Source of the DNA: Phoronis australis | Lineage: Eukaryota; Animalia; Phoronida | Reading direction: 5' to 3' | Assembly (NCBI GenBank): GCA_002633005.1 | Contig: NMRA01000124.1 | Location: forward strand, 575,814 to 639,813 | Length of the DNA stretch: 64,000 nucleotides | In this document: positions 11,698 to 24,935 of the stretch, piece after piece | Layout: each line of letters begins with the position of its first letter | Numbering within the stretch: position 1 is the first letter of the stretch | The notes under the pieces: model-generated | Database searches by the model: none | The model's input: the letters and a program-made list of their open reading frames with translations, nothing else | What the model was told of the DNA's origin: nothing | Program-made: the position numbers and the translations under genes

Positions 11698-12989
11698 AGT
11701 GGATGCCGTGACTTGCGAGAAGACGTCACAAGTTCATGAGTAGATGAGGGCGAAGCCCCCGTACAGCTTCGCGCGTTAACCTTCTGACCTAGTTTTTTAC
11801 TTGCATGCCGTTTGAAAACGAGGGGGTAGCGGAAGCGGAAACTGAATAAGTCGTTTTTGGAAGTGGCCTTTTTACGACAGATTTTTCTTTTAATTGGGTT
11901 TGCGGATTATTGAGAAAGAAACGTGGGCAGAATAGATTAAGTATGATTATGTTATACACTACAGTTTTGCTTTGAAACAATTGTGAAGGTAGCTGTTCGC
12001 GAAAACCACGAGAAAAGTCAGCACACGCAATTAAGTAGCACTGGTTTGTGACTAGCGCCCGGGATTTAATCTTTTTGGTCTAAATCTCAAGTTTTTACTC
12101 CTGGAGTTTTAACTTGGATCTAGGGCTCAACAAGAATGAGTTTAGACTACACAGAAGATTGAACAATCGATAGCAGAGCAGTCACTTATAGGGATCGCGT
12201 ATTTTGAGAACCAGTTTGATGCCTGTTATTCATTGGAGAAAACTGGTTATCAAAATGTGGAACACCTGTAAGTGACTATTATCATTTCGAGTAAAACCTC
12301 AAAATTTTGAAATCAGGCCCGAATTTATACAGTTAAAAATGGAGTCATTAGTTCGAAATAGGATTACACAGTCACCCACGAAAACCATATTCTCGAGAAC
12401 AGAACAATAGACATGTGCTCGTCTAACGGTATAAATAAGAACGGAAAGTGCTAAAAATACTTTTGGGTCTGATTTCGTCTGAAAAGATTGTACCATGGTC
12501 ATTGAATTATCATATTCGTCTCTAATTTATCGTTTTCAATGACTCTCCCTGGTGTGCTGACAGAAATAATTAGAGACGAATTTTGCTGCCTGAAGAGGAA
12601 ATCAAAACAGTGGGGCTTCCTTTTTAAAACATTGTTAAGGTCATAAGGAAGAATTATTGGTCTTCTTATTTATACCACGTCAGAGAACTGATTTACTACA
12701 GTACATCTATATGCACTGTAAAAGGTTAGTCACAATTCCAGTCGGTGTAACGCCAAACAACGAAGATATGTTTTGTTTTTCTCAGGAAAAATCATCCTAA
12801 TGCGGTTAATAGAAATCAATTGGGCCATTCGCTTAGGTCCCATTTTTTATTAGATTTTTCGTCTGTTTGGGACAACCTTTGGGAAGCAGAAACAAGTCTA
12901 ATTCAGTTTTCAACGTTGTGATTTTTACAATTCTCTTAAATTTTCTCTAAATCGCGCACGTAACATTCGCGCATAACTTACATAAGATA

Positions 12990-13460
12990 AGGTTACGTAG
13001 GAACCTAGAAAATGTCCCAATTTGGTTAACTTCGGAACATCATATCTCAAAACATGACTGACTGGATTCCTGTGAAACCTACACATATTACGTTTTCTGC
13101 ACTATTCTCCAAAACGCTCTAGGAGTTGTTCTTGAAATGTTTCCCTTTTGCATGAGGGGCTATCAAATTTTGTAAGTCGTATAAAACAAAAACGAAGCCA
13201 TATTTTAGAAATCCGAAACTTTTTGTTGGGATATCGTCTTGAATATTCATTTCAAATAAAATGTAATCATGTTATTGATACCGTTGTTTTGCCATCCATC
13301 TATGTTTCTTTTTTGCTAAATTTTGCTAAAAAAACATGGTCACACGATCAACTTAATGGTAGACTGATAAAAAAGTCACAGGCTGTTTTTCTTTCAGAAA
13401 ACATATACCTTTACTGAGTTGAAATCTATAAATTTGTAGATATTTGACTAATTACCTGAC
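12990..13460 (+). repeat. Dispersed repeat family C (copies at 19790-20250 and 45230-45560)
   Basis: Shared ttctccaaaacgct...gagttg...aaatgtt...ttttgcat...ctatcaaa and gataccgttgttttg blocks. Confidence 0.75.
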
Positions 13461-14182
13461 AATGAGGTTCTGCATGAACTTAACGAGAAGAGTGAACTAT
13501 GAGCGTAAAGCACCTGAATCTGTGGGAGTAACTTATGGGCGTAACTAACGAGTGTAGAACTTTTCAAGAGCTTGCCTTACCTACAAAACTATCACACATT
13601 GATTGTAATGATTACGTTCGTTTTTACGGGTGCAAAATGTGTCTTTGCGCCAGTAATTTGCAATACAAGCGTAACTTACCAGTTACACGTTCCTCTCCGA
13701 GTCAACCATATTCGCGCAAGTTTTGCAGCTCAGTTTGAGTAAGATAGTATAAGCTATGGTGTTGGCTTTCATATACGCAGTGAATTACTAGGAAAGTGTA
13801 GATCATCACTGTGCCCATATCACTGCATTATGACACTAGTTGGCTCCCCGACCTTGAAGGTACAAAATTGTGCCACATTCATCAATTTTAAAGTTTAAAG
13901 ACCACTAAAATGCCACACAGTGGCAAGTCAAACTACAGAACCTTGTCTCAAGTAGTGACGAATTTTCAGTTCACTCCTCGCCCCGAAGTTACACTATTTT
14001 GACTACGGAACAACTCGGGACCAATTTAATATCGGTAAGTGGTCTAAATAATAAGTTGTTTTTTTTGCGACGGAAGGTGGAGCTACAAGCTCTATAATCA
14101 ATGAAAATCATGTTACATGATGCTTTCACAGGGCTACGCATCGTAACACTGGGAAGTAGTGTAGATGTTTGGCCGTATGGCT

Positions 14183-14395
14183 GAAGTTCGCACATGCGCA
14201 GACTACGCTCACCCCTTGGGGAAATTTGAGGTTACGAAAATACCCCAGGTGTTCCGCATGTGAGTGATTTACCCGAGGTCTTCCAAATGCGATTTACTGT
14301 GCAGTGTGGTCCACCTGGAATACCTTGGGTATTTTCGTAGCCTCAAATAACACAGTACCTGAAAAGTATTTCATATCTGCGCGTGTGCGAATTTC
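14183..14395. mobile_element. Palindromic MITE family D (further arms at 14560-14640, 29795-29850, 48415-48480)
   Basis: gaagttcgcacatgcgcaga...tttgaggttacgaaaataccccaggtgttcc is inverted against ggaataccttgggtattttcgtagcctcaaat...tctgcgcgtgtgcgaatttc. Confidence 0.8.
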
Positions 14396-17300
14396 AATCT
14401 ATTTGCCGCAATTCATGTAACTCTGAAAATGGAGAATGCCATCAGTATAACAGAAGGCAGACAAAAGATAGAGAATGGCCGTCGAGTAGCAACTTTTGAG
14501 ACCCGCTAGGCTGAAGCTATGATTTTTCCCGTCTCTGGACCAAGTCCCTTAGCTGTAATGATTGGAGTTCGCACACCCGCAGATATGAAACACCTCTGAA
14601 GGATAATTTGAGGCTACGGAAATACCCGAGGTATTCCGGATTAGTGAAGCTATACCTGTTCAAATTTAGAAATGTGTCAAATTATATGAGAAACACATTT
14701 TGATTTTTAACTAGCGCAGCAAGTACAGCAACAAGGTAAAGTTCTTTACTACTTAGACACTGCATTCAGACGCCATTCCTACAAGTCGCTATTTACTATA
14801 ACACATGTACCAGCGTACTGGACATTCAGTTGAAGAAGTTCATTTATTGACGTGAAACAGAACCATTTGGTTTCAAATTTCATAAAACCGACATTTTTCA
14901 GTAAAGATATTTTTCTCTTGCACATTATTTTTTAAGCCTTGACTGAATAAATAGATTGAAAGTCTGTGTTTGCATAGACACTGTCTATGTATTATATCTG
15001 ACATTTTGCTAAAACTAGAATCGAGTTTGCCGCTGAATGTCTCGTACCGAACCTTCAAAACAATGCCAACGCCGCATTACAATATTTAGAAAAATACTGA
15101 ACCCTTGCAGAATTGCAGAAACCTTGGTGAAATGACGTCAGGATCATCGTAAGCGAGTTCAGGCTGCGGAATCTAGTGATATTTCAATTTTATAAAGATA
15201 AGAATTTATGGTTAGAATTCTGCTGACCGATCTAAACTGGAATGATCTGAGGCGGACATCGGTTAAAAATTTATCATGTTTAAATTAATTTATATATAGA
15301 TACTTCTGTACGAAATTATTGTTACCGATGGCAGCTTCAGAGGTAAATTTAAAGTTGCAGTATCGGTTTTACGACCAAAATGAATTTTGAGAGTATTGTT
15401 GTATGAGATACACTTATTGAATTTATTAGCTTTGATCAGAGCTACAAAACAAAACCTCATTTTTTGAAATCAATGCCGGTGTCTGCCATTTAAATACTAA
15501 ATTGGCGAAAAAATGTGGAGACACTATGTTCCCGAAGGAATCAAAGGAAAAGATGATATATGATTTCTTTATTGGGAAAAAACAGATGAAATTTCGTTAT
15601 TGTTTGCGAATGTGTTCGGCGCATAAAATACCACGACGTGAAAAGTCAACACGTTGATTCTCATCCCAAGCATTAACTATCTTTCGGCTCTTTCCAAGGC
15701 GAGAAATCTTCTTTAATTTGAGAAACAAGTTGATATCGACTGCACGTGGTCTAATTTTAAGTCAAGGGTTAGTTTTTTACGGAAGGCGCGTTTACAAGGC
15801 ATGTATGTCATTGGGTAATTTAATAAAATCACTCGGGCAATATTTGCCAGAGGCTGCGCTTTTGTGTAGTTAAGCTTTATGAGCAAATACTGAACTCAAT
15901 GGCGCAACACCTTGGACGCAATTCCAATAAGTCGTAAGCAACGAAATTAAAGAAATGAAAAGCACTCGTTTCGTTTATTGGTTATCTTTCCGTATTTTCC
16001 ACTGCCCAAAGTTTCACCAGATTAGATTTTCCTGTCTAATACACGTTGTGCGTCATACATTGTTAGTGTAATGGCTTATGGATTGTTTCGCGGACCCCAA
16101 GCGAATGAAGTGGATTCTAAAAACCTTGAAGGGTGGGCCGGCTGTACCAAACTGTCTGGAAGTGTAAGGCATAACAATGCTAAGACCTTCTTCCAGGCAA
16201 TAACGGTGGAATCTGTGTTAATTTGCAGAAGTTGAGGTGAGGATTGTACATGCATTGCAAATGCAGATTTTACGCTACCAGCGAGATAGAATCAGGGAAC
16301 GCTGCGAGCAAGTAAAAAACACATACTCGATATTTGGTCTCAATATCCTGTGAATACCTTATTTTTCACTGTAGACATACTTTATGCATCCACAACAAAA
16401 TGTTTTCGTTTGATTTGAATTAGATTTTCTCTTCATTTTGTTGAGGGCTCTATGTAGGGTATTGACCGATTTATGAAAACTAGCGAGGCCTAAAAATAGC
16501 CGTCTGATGACCGTGCGTCGGAATTTTCATAGGTAAATATATATATCGGATATATAGTTTTTTAGAGTAGTAAAACTGCTTTTTCAGGAACGACGCTTTG
16601 GATCGATCTTTTAGGTAATCCAAATGAACGAGCGCAATCAAATTTTCCGTCGTACACTCGAATTTACTCCACCAGGAGACTACACACCAACCGTAAAATA
16701 CAGCCTCGGTAGTACCGTTATATAGGGATTCACTCTACTTTCCCGTATTTCGCGGCTTACATGTATTTCATGACGTATTGAATGCCCGTATTTACACATA
16801 CATTGGATAAAGGAAGATATAACAAGCTGGTGTTGGCTTACGAAGTAAGTGCAACAAATCAAAACAAAAATGAGATCATAACTCGGACTTATTCGAATTT
16901 GTCGATTTTTGCTCAGCACGTTAATTTGGTAGTGCGGCTTTAACGCACCCAATCCATTTCTCATCATCGCTAATCCGTTTCCGTAACGAAACTCCGTGCC
17001 AACAGAGGTTGGTTACGAGAGTTAACATGGGTACTTTTATAAATAATAAACACAATGGGATAAGCGATCACTGCAAGAATCTACACCCACCACACTGCTT
17101 AAAATCTCATACATTATTATTTGCAGACAAAACTGAAGTCGGGCAAACGAGTTTCAAGAGAAGAACAGACTGGATGCATGTTGATTATTATATAGTCTTT
17201 CATGAAAGACTGAACAAATCAAGCTAATTCCTGGTGATCAAAATGCATTACACTTAACGAGTCACAAATCGGCGATTTCTCAAAATCCGCGTCAAGTCGA

Positions 17301-17429
17301 TGATCGCTGACAATTGGATAAAGTTCTTGAGAGCACGCTGAAATAAGCTTATTAGTATCAGAAGGGCAAACGACCGTTGCTATAACGACGGACCACAGGG
17401 TGTCCCATAAGTAATAGGATTCGGTCAGA

Positions 17430-17563
17430 GTAGAGTACAGCACCGGCTGTCTAGAAAAATCTAACCAAAATCACGTGTTCTCACTTAAAATACACGATAA
17501 TATCCCGCGAAGTCTTGATTTTTCACCGAGGCCCTAGCGAGATCCTAGAGTTATTGAATTCTA
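17430..17563 (+). mobile_element. MITE family E copy
   Basis: aaaatcacgtgttctcacttaaaa...cgcgaagtcttg...cctagcg core; short TIR gtagagtaca / tgaattctac; four copies in the window. Confidence 0.8.
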
Positions 17564-19789
17564 CCTTGATTCAAACATTTGCTTATCGAAATGGACACAC
17601 ATATTCGTGAGAACGATTAACATTTATCTTGTACACCGTTTCTTTAAAAATTTCGAGTGTAATCAGGTTTAACACAAACACGTTTTTAATTAAAACTGTT
17701 GTGAAGCAGTCTCAATAAAAGCGATATTCGTGTACACTCATAACTATTTCTTGCACTATAAACAAACTAAGCGAAGTTCATTGCAGGTTTTCAGAAATGG
17801 GCAAAACTAAAATTCGTGAAAACAGTGTTTTTCAAAAAAAATGTCCAATTCAATAACATCAAGAATCAAATATCGTTTAAAGTTATTTTCACGAGCCCCG
17901 TGACAATGCGTGCGCATTCAAACTAGAGTCATTACTTTTGGGTTGTCCTGTAGAATCTTTGGTAGGACAACATTCTGCGTGACTAGACGATGGCGCATTA
18001 CGTAGCGATCAGACAATTTTATTTTCTCTCACCATCTCCGGTAGAAATCTAGTCAAAATAGTGTGGCTTTGAGGGGCTCAGTCATACACTTTATTCTGGA
18101 CAATTTCTGGCTACGGATTTTTGAACCAACATTTTTAAGTTGTTTACCCGTCTTAAAATTTTACGAAATTTACCTAAAATAGGAAATAAATGATACTCAA
18201 CTTGCGTTGTTGATCTATTCTCCACGTCATTAACTGATCACTCCAGGGCCCGTTGTCTATACTCCACCCTCGGAACTGTATTTCACAGTTTCCGTTTACT
18301 TTTGTGCAAACTAATGGTAAGTGTCTATTATTCTGCACTCCGGTACATTACGATTCTCGCATATGAGTGCCCACTTCAAATTTGCACTTGATGACCCTTA
18401 GAATTGTGAGAAATAACTATATCTCGCTTGAGCAGACCAATCTAAAAGTATCTAATAATTTACCACCGGTTGCTACTTATTGAGACAAACAGCGTACAAA
18501 TTATTTCCAGGCAGTGGTAGCATTGAGTCATTTTTCATGAAACATACTCCTGGGTTGTGTCGCTTGCAAACCATTAGGTCGGAAAGCGAATTTCTCGTGA
18601 CATTCGTCATTGGTATTGGGATAACAAAGTTTCAATGCACGGCACAAATGAATGTACACGTCTATAGACTCAGTGAGGAGGAATGTATGTATGTCTGTTT
18701 GTTGCGTGTTCGATGTACGGGACGTTTTCGTTGCCTAATCGACATTTGTCCGAGCAATAGGTGAGAATATATTTATGTGTCGAGAGCCAATCAAGCAATA
18801 GATCCTAGTCACACTAGGAATCTCATTTTGGTACCTCCACCCGGCTGAAAAGTGATTTTTTACGCGGGAGTAGTAACTTTATACCATGGTAGAAAGTTTA
18901 AAAAACATGTACACGTCACCGTAAAAGCTTGTGGTATATGAGATTTCACCATTACACGAGAGAAACCGTAGGCTATGGATAAATAAGCACAAAGTGAAAG
19001 AGAGTTACTTCCATGGCGTTTCGTTATTGTTTCATTTTTTTTCTTTGGTAGTGTCTGACGTGAATCAACAATTAAACTTGGAACTATGGACGAATATGGC
19101 GAAGTCATTGACCTAAGGCAACGTCAAACAAGATACTGACAGTAGACACAAAAAATGGAAATATCTTGCCAGAGCATCTAATTTTGTCACAAAAATAAGT
19201 GTAATGGAAACCAACTACTGCGCTTAAGTGTCTGTTTAATCGATCATACACCCGTGAGAATAAAACTTGGCGTGTCAATAGGTTGGCGTAACCTATAAAT
19301 GGGTTCAAAGCTTTGGTGTCGTGTGTACAGGCCAGGTGCTACTTGCAACAGTTTGTTTGAGTCTCCCCGACACAAAATAATGTGCCACTGCGAGGCAAAG
19401 TTTTCAGTGAAATAAGATCAAAGCACATCATTATAAATCTGCTGTTTTAGTTCGTTTGCAACGACTTTCACCATATTGCCTTTGCGCTTCTGGGACTTGA
19501 CAACGGTAATTATGGTAGGCGTGGCCTAACTGCATTTGTCAGAACTACTCATTTCGCTTAGCTGAAGCTCTCTAGAATGTTTATGTACTTGTGTTTGCTT
19601 ACTCAGTTGTTCGTCAGGTGTCTCTTGGTGTAATCCATATATTTTCTTTGTGATTTTTGCCATTGTTCGTGAGACGCAGGTCGTGCCGTTCACTATGCAC
19701 AAGCCATTTGGTCTCCTGAGCTGTGCAAAGGTGCAGTCCACATTACTCCATATGTGCTAGTCCAGTTTTGGCAGTCTAAGGTGTACATT

Positions 19790-20250
19790 TTAAGGTTTTG
19801 TAAAACCCTAGAAAAATGGCCAAATTTGGCCAACTTAGGAATATCGTATCTCAGAAAAGGCTGGTGGGATTTATTTGAAACTTTCACTCTGTGCTTTATG
19901 CATTGTTCTAAAAATGCTGCTGGGAGTTGTTTTTGGAATGTTCCACTTTTGAATGAGAGGTTGTCAAAAATAACACTTTTAGGATTATCATGAAACACGA
20001 AAACGAAACGGTGTTTTAGAAACTGTAAGGGAGATGTCTTACATTGAGCACTTAGATCAAATAAAATTTGATGGGGTATGGATACCGTTGTTTTGCTGAT
20101 GTACCTTTTTACAAATGTATCTTTTTTACACTCTTTCGAACAAGACATTGTCACGTGACTCAATTAATAACAGATTGGTAAAAAGTTACAAATCAAATTC
20201 CACAGGATATCTATTTTCAGAAATTTTACAATTTTACTGAGTAAAAATTT
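19790..20250 (+). repeat. Dispersed repeat family C copy
   Basis: Collinear similarity to 12990-13460. Confidence 0.65.
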
Positions 20251-20549
20251 GTAGTATTCTAATGCTTCATTCCGTAGACGTGCGAATCTCATGAAATAGT
20301 ATGGCGTATGTTTCACAAGTATGCGTGAGGCCTTACCAGCGTATCGTAGCAAAATAGCAGCCTCTGGTGGATGACTTTTGGGTCTAAGGCCAAGGGTCGG
20401 GACTTTGCCAGTCTCACAAAAATGAAGAAGTGGGATGCGTCAGGATTGATGGCAGTTTTGCGGAGTAAATGATTGCCACATCTTTGACATTGTTCAGTGT
20501 TGAATTTTTGGTGCCAATCCATGTACGGTACCCTTCAGACGAGTGGAAA

Positions 20550-23230
20550 CCGTCAAAAATTCGGTTGATAATGGTATATTTTAACTTTAATTTCTGGAAT
20601 CTAGAGTGAATTGTATTCAGATTCGTATCTCCTCTCTTGCACCCGGGCAGTCGTAGAGTTGGGATTTTAGGTACAAAAGGCCAAAATCGTAATTTTTTCG
20701 TTATGTTTGGCATCTCAATTTTTTTTTCGGTGGACGTGGCAAGGCAAAAACATGGATTTGTTAATATCTTCATCTTTGAGATACCCCCATCGAGTGTGTT
20801 TTCTGGCTGTTATTTGTTTTTTCAGGTGTCTTGAGACAGTATGCAAACAAGGGCTTTCATTGATCCAGACCAGTGATAAGGTTAAAATCAGCCACTCAAA
20901 CTGATTGTTGCAATAAAAAGGGGCCAAAATGATTCCATGAGTCCGTTTCTTTTTGTGTCCACCTCTTCAAACCGTAAAAAGAATCAATATCAAAATTTGC
21001 AAAACTGTTTCTGACGAGAAGGCCACAACTGACGTTGACTTTTGGACGAGCACGACTACGGTGTCACCTCCTAGTGCTGATTTTGTTTTTTGCGTCAGCG
21101 GCCGAATGTCCTTAACTTTGTGAAGAAGCTTTGTGAAATTTGGCAGATTAGTTCCTATGCAGCCGACGACAAACGATAACGAGTATGGAATCGATTCGAA
21201 TACCACTATGTCCTCTAATGATAAATTGGTTTCATTTGTGTGTTTTCATGAAATTCTGAAATAGCTTTCTATTAAGACGACGCCACCTTCACGTTTTCTG
21301 TACAAATTACTGGCCATCTAAAGAACCTCGAGTACATTTTGATGTCTGCTCTTTTATGCTCCAAACCGCTGAAGTATCACAATGGAAATATGCAGTTGTG
21401 TGCGTGAAGAGAACAGCGCGGCTGACGTTGATTTTCCAGCGAGTTCGGCTACTCTGGTGCCCCTAGCGGCAGTTTTGCGTCCAGACCTGTATCTCCTTAA
21501 TCCTTTGAACTATAGGAAAGATCTTTGTGAAATTTAGCAAATGTGCTCTTTTGGAGATAACAACAGATGACGATGAGTTTCAGACCAATTGGACACAGCT
21601 GTGCCCCCCCCCGGGTTCATTTTTGTTACGTTTGTCTGTATATCCTTGGAGTTCATTGATCGATTTTCGTGAAACTTGACAAACAGGTTTCTATAAAGGG
21701 GAAAACAATGCCTTCGTATTTTCGGACAGATTCGTCGTAGTCGGAACGACCTAGTAACCATTATTCCGTTTTATCTTTCTTGGCGTCCGCCTGTTTATCC
21801 GCCAAACCGCTCAAAGGATCATAGTGTTGGTGTTCCTGATGAGAACCCCACAATTGTGACGTTTCCCATTGGTGATTTTGTATTTTTACGACCATGGCTG
21901 TGTAGCTCCTGATTTCTGTGCAGGATTTTTGCGAATTATTGTAGGTGTTCTCCTACTAAATGTGACAATGGCTGCACACGAATTTTTGGATTGCTCTGAC
22001 AACCGCTGTGCCCCCTAGTGGGAATTTTAGTTTTTACGTTTGCCTCTGTATCTCCAGAGTTTCTTGGAGCTTTATTATGAAATTTGACATAAAGTTGTCT
22101 AGTTTAAATACTACAACACCTTTTCGTCTTGGGATGGATTTGACGTATTCTGCGCTACCAAATGGCCATTAGAATTATCTCAGAGTCCGTTTTTGTTGTC
22201 TTCTTCAGTATGTGCCAAATTACAGAGCATATTTATGAAAATTGGCACGTATAATTCTACTGACAAGAGCATGGCTGACTTGGATTTTCAGAGAGTTCAA
22301 ACTACTGTGGTGACCACTACTGACATATTGCATCTGCTGTTGTATCTGGTAAACCCCTAGAAAGACCACAATTTGGCAAGTGCATTCTTATGAACTTGAC
22401 AATAGATCGACGGATTCGACTACCGCTGCAAGCCTTCTAATGGTATTTCTTAAAGTTTTCTTCTGTATCTTTGGAGTTCCTTGGCTTATTTTTGTGAAAA
22501 TTGGCTAGTAGTTTTGTATTAAAGAGTAGCCGACACCTTTTCCAATTTCGCTAGGACTTGACGTATTCTTCGTCATATAATGACCATTTTTATGATTCTA
22601 AAAACGTCTCCAGAAACTCATCGTTTGTGACGCAGTTGTGGGCGCATTCCAACGATTTGCCTCGCTCTTGCTAATGTCACGTTTTGGGCCTTCGCAAGTT
22701 CCCCAAATATGGAGGGGGTGGGTCAGGTTTGACAACAATTTGCGGTGTAATGGCATTCACTAGTTCCTAGAAGTTGTTTTAAGTAACTGTGGAATCCAGA
22801 AATGTGGCCTCAGCTCTTATGTACCCGGATTCGAAGCACATACTTTTTTACTTTTTTCGGCGCGAATCCAGGTACTCTTCTGGCAAGTGAAAATTGTCAA
22901 AAATACGGTTGGTAATGACATATTTTAACCTAAACTTCTGGAATCTAGATTACAAGAGCGTTCGAATTCTTGTAACGGGATCAATAGTGGTGAGATTTTA
23001 CTACAAAAGGCCAAAATCGCAAATGCTTGATACCATTGACACATTTTTTTCGGTGGAGGTAGCAATGCAACTAGAAAGACATTGCTTGGTTGAATTTCTT
23101 CATCTTTGTGAGACTTTATAGAGTGTTCTTTAATTCTGTCAGTTAAGCCTTTCTTGAGGTGTCTTGAGACAGGGAGCGAACAAGGGCTTTCATTGGCCCA
23201 GATTAGTTCAAAATCAGCGCCACTCGAATT
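20550..23230 (+). mobile_element. Composite repeat: ~350-bp direct repeats (20550-20900, 22895-23230) flanking a degenerate tandem array
   Basis: Flanks share atattttaac...ttctggaatctaga, acaaaaggccaaaatcg and gtgtcttgagacag...aacaagggctttcattg. The interior repeats gtgccccctag(t/c)gg, gtgaaattt(g/a)gca and tgtatctcc motifs. Confidence 0.7.
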
Positions 23231-24935
23231 GTGGTCTTTGTCCTTGAGATGCTAAATTATGGCATAGAACTCACTGCGTTCGAAAATGCTGCGCGAGTGT
23301 CTTGGGTTTACGGAACACTGAGCCCGGGTTAGTTACCACTTGACCAATAACGCAGTTATGCTACGCTAAATGAAAAACTGATCTATTAAGTCTTCATTAC
23401 GACTATGCCTGAGGGACTTTGAACGTGCTTGATAAGCTCCTTAACTAAACAAACCTGCGGTTTCTATTGGTGCGTGTACTATAACCTACGTGTAATGTAC
23501 GTGGAACGAAGTTGTTTCAAGCTAGGAACCAATGGTTCCTAGTTTCAAGACTTTAATTTTTGGGACTCCCAACCGGATGTTTTTAGCCTTGCGGCTCTTA
23601 CTCGTTTGAAATGGAATTTCGTAAGTGGGCAGATGGATCATATTTCATCTGATTTAGTATTTCTGAATAATTTAGAACCACTTAATATAATGGATTTCCA
23701 CACCTAATGGAGTGTAAAAATGCACTATAACGGTCCTCGCACCTGAAATCTTAACTGAGCTATTACGTAACTTCGGCACTACGTGCTACAATATGCTAGA
23801 CTGTGCTGCAGTCTCTACGAAAGGCCGGGGTTGGGTGCCCACAGACACAAGAAACTCGCAAAAAAAACATAACATCGCGCAAATATTAATGAAAAATCTG
23901 ATCCCACTAGTTTCTTTTCTGGCAACAGTCTTGCACTTCAGTACGGAACGTAGCCGATATTACGTTCCAGTTGGAGTTTAAACTGTTTAACTTCAATTGC
24001 TGGGCAATTAGAATCCAGTTACGACGAGTAATTTGGTTAATTTGCATACCAACGGCATCTTCAACATGTGTTGCCTTACTGTTGGCATTCCCTAATGCTA
24101 TTCCTTGTTTCATATCAAAAACACTTCAAATTTCACCAATAAGTAGATGCTTTATATCCAGCGCAAGGGTAAGGAAAAACGACGTGTTTAACTCTGCGCT
24201 CATGAGACTATAAATGGCATAAAGATACGCACTGATTTCGGCTAAAGTTAGGCTTAGACGTTTTATTTTTTAATTTCTTCACATGGATGCAAAGTCGAGA
24301 TGTATTAGAACAGAAATCTATTCCTCTGTGTACTGTCTAGCAATATTCAAATATGTTCGAGAATCTAGAGATATCCGCGGATGATTACTCGACCCTGAGA
24401 TTCTAAAGTGGAGTGTGCCGTTCAAGTGTCATATGATCTCTATTACAGCTGCATCTTGTGAATGTCACACCGTCAAAAATTTCAACTTATATCCTGTTAC
24501 GTTATCTGACAATTCTCCCCAACGACAATTTTATATCAAACAATGCACACTAGTGTATATTTATTCTTAATCAAACAGATCCGAGTTCGTGGTATATCTT
24601 TGTTTATACTTTTCGAATGTGAGTGGAGTAATCTGCCGGAACTCCGGCGGTTTCCTAAAAAAATGGAATTTACAAAGCAATCAAATGTTGGTCTTAATTA
24701 GGCCAAATTTTCCCTGCAAAAATGGTGGAATATGTGGTTACGTAAGAAGACGTGTTTGTACATCACGAGTACAGGCAAAATCGCCACGTATTGTCATAGA
24801 AAATACTATAAAACCTGCTAATAATTTTAAATGTTAGTAGGTTAAATCACTCGGCATTATGACAACTAACTGAAGCCGGCTTGTCAGCATGACGTTTTTA
24901 GGGTTAACGGGGAGATTTTTCCTAAGACGTCTTAA

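Noticed and set aside
16197-16240. Exon-like NNGGICVN resembling an EGF repeat
   Set aside because: Only one Cys and no neighbouring EGF exons; likely chance.
16503-16530. ctgatga-ccgtgcgtcg-gaat as a hammerhead
   Set aside because: No GAAA box and no stems I or III.
19693-20163. Longest ORF in the track (156 aa)
   Set aside because: Lies antisense within non-coding repeat family C; no domain recognised.
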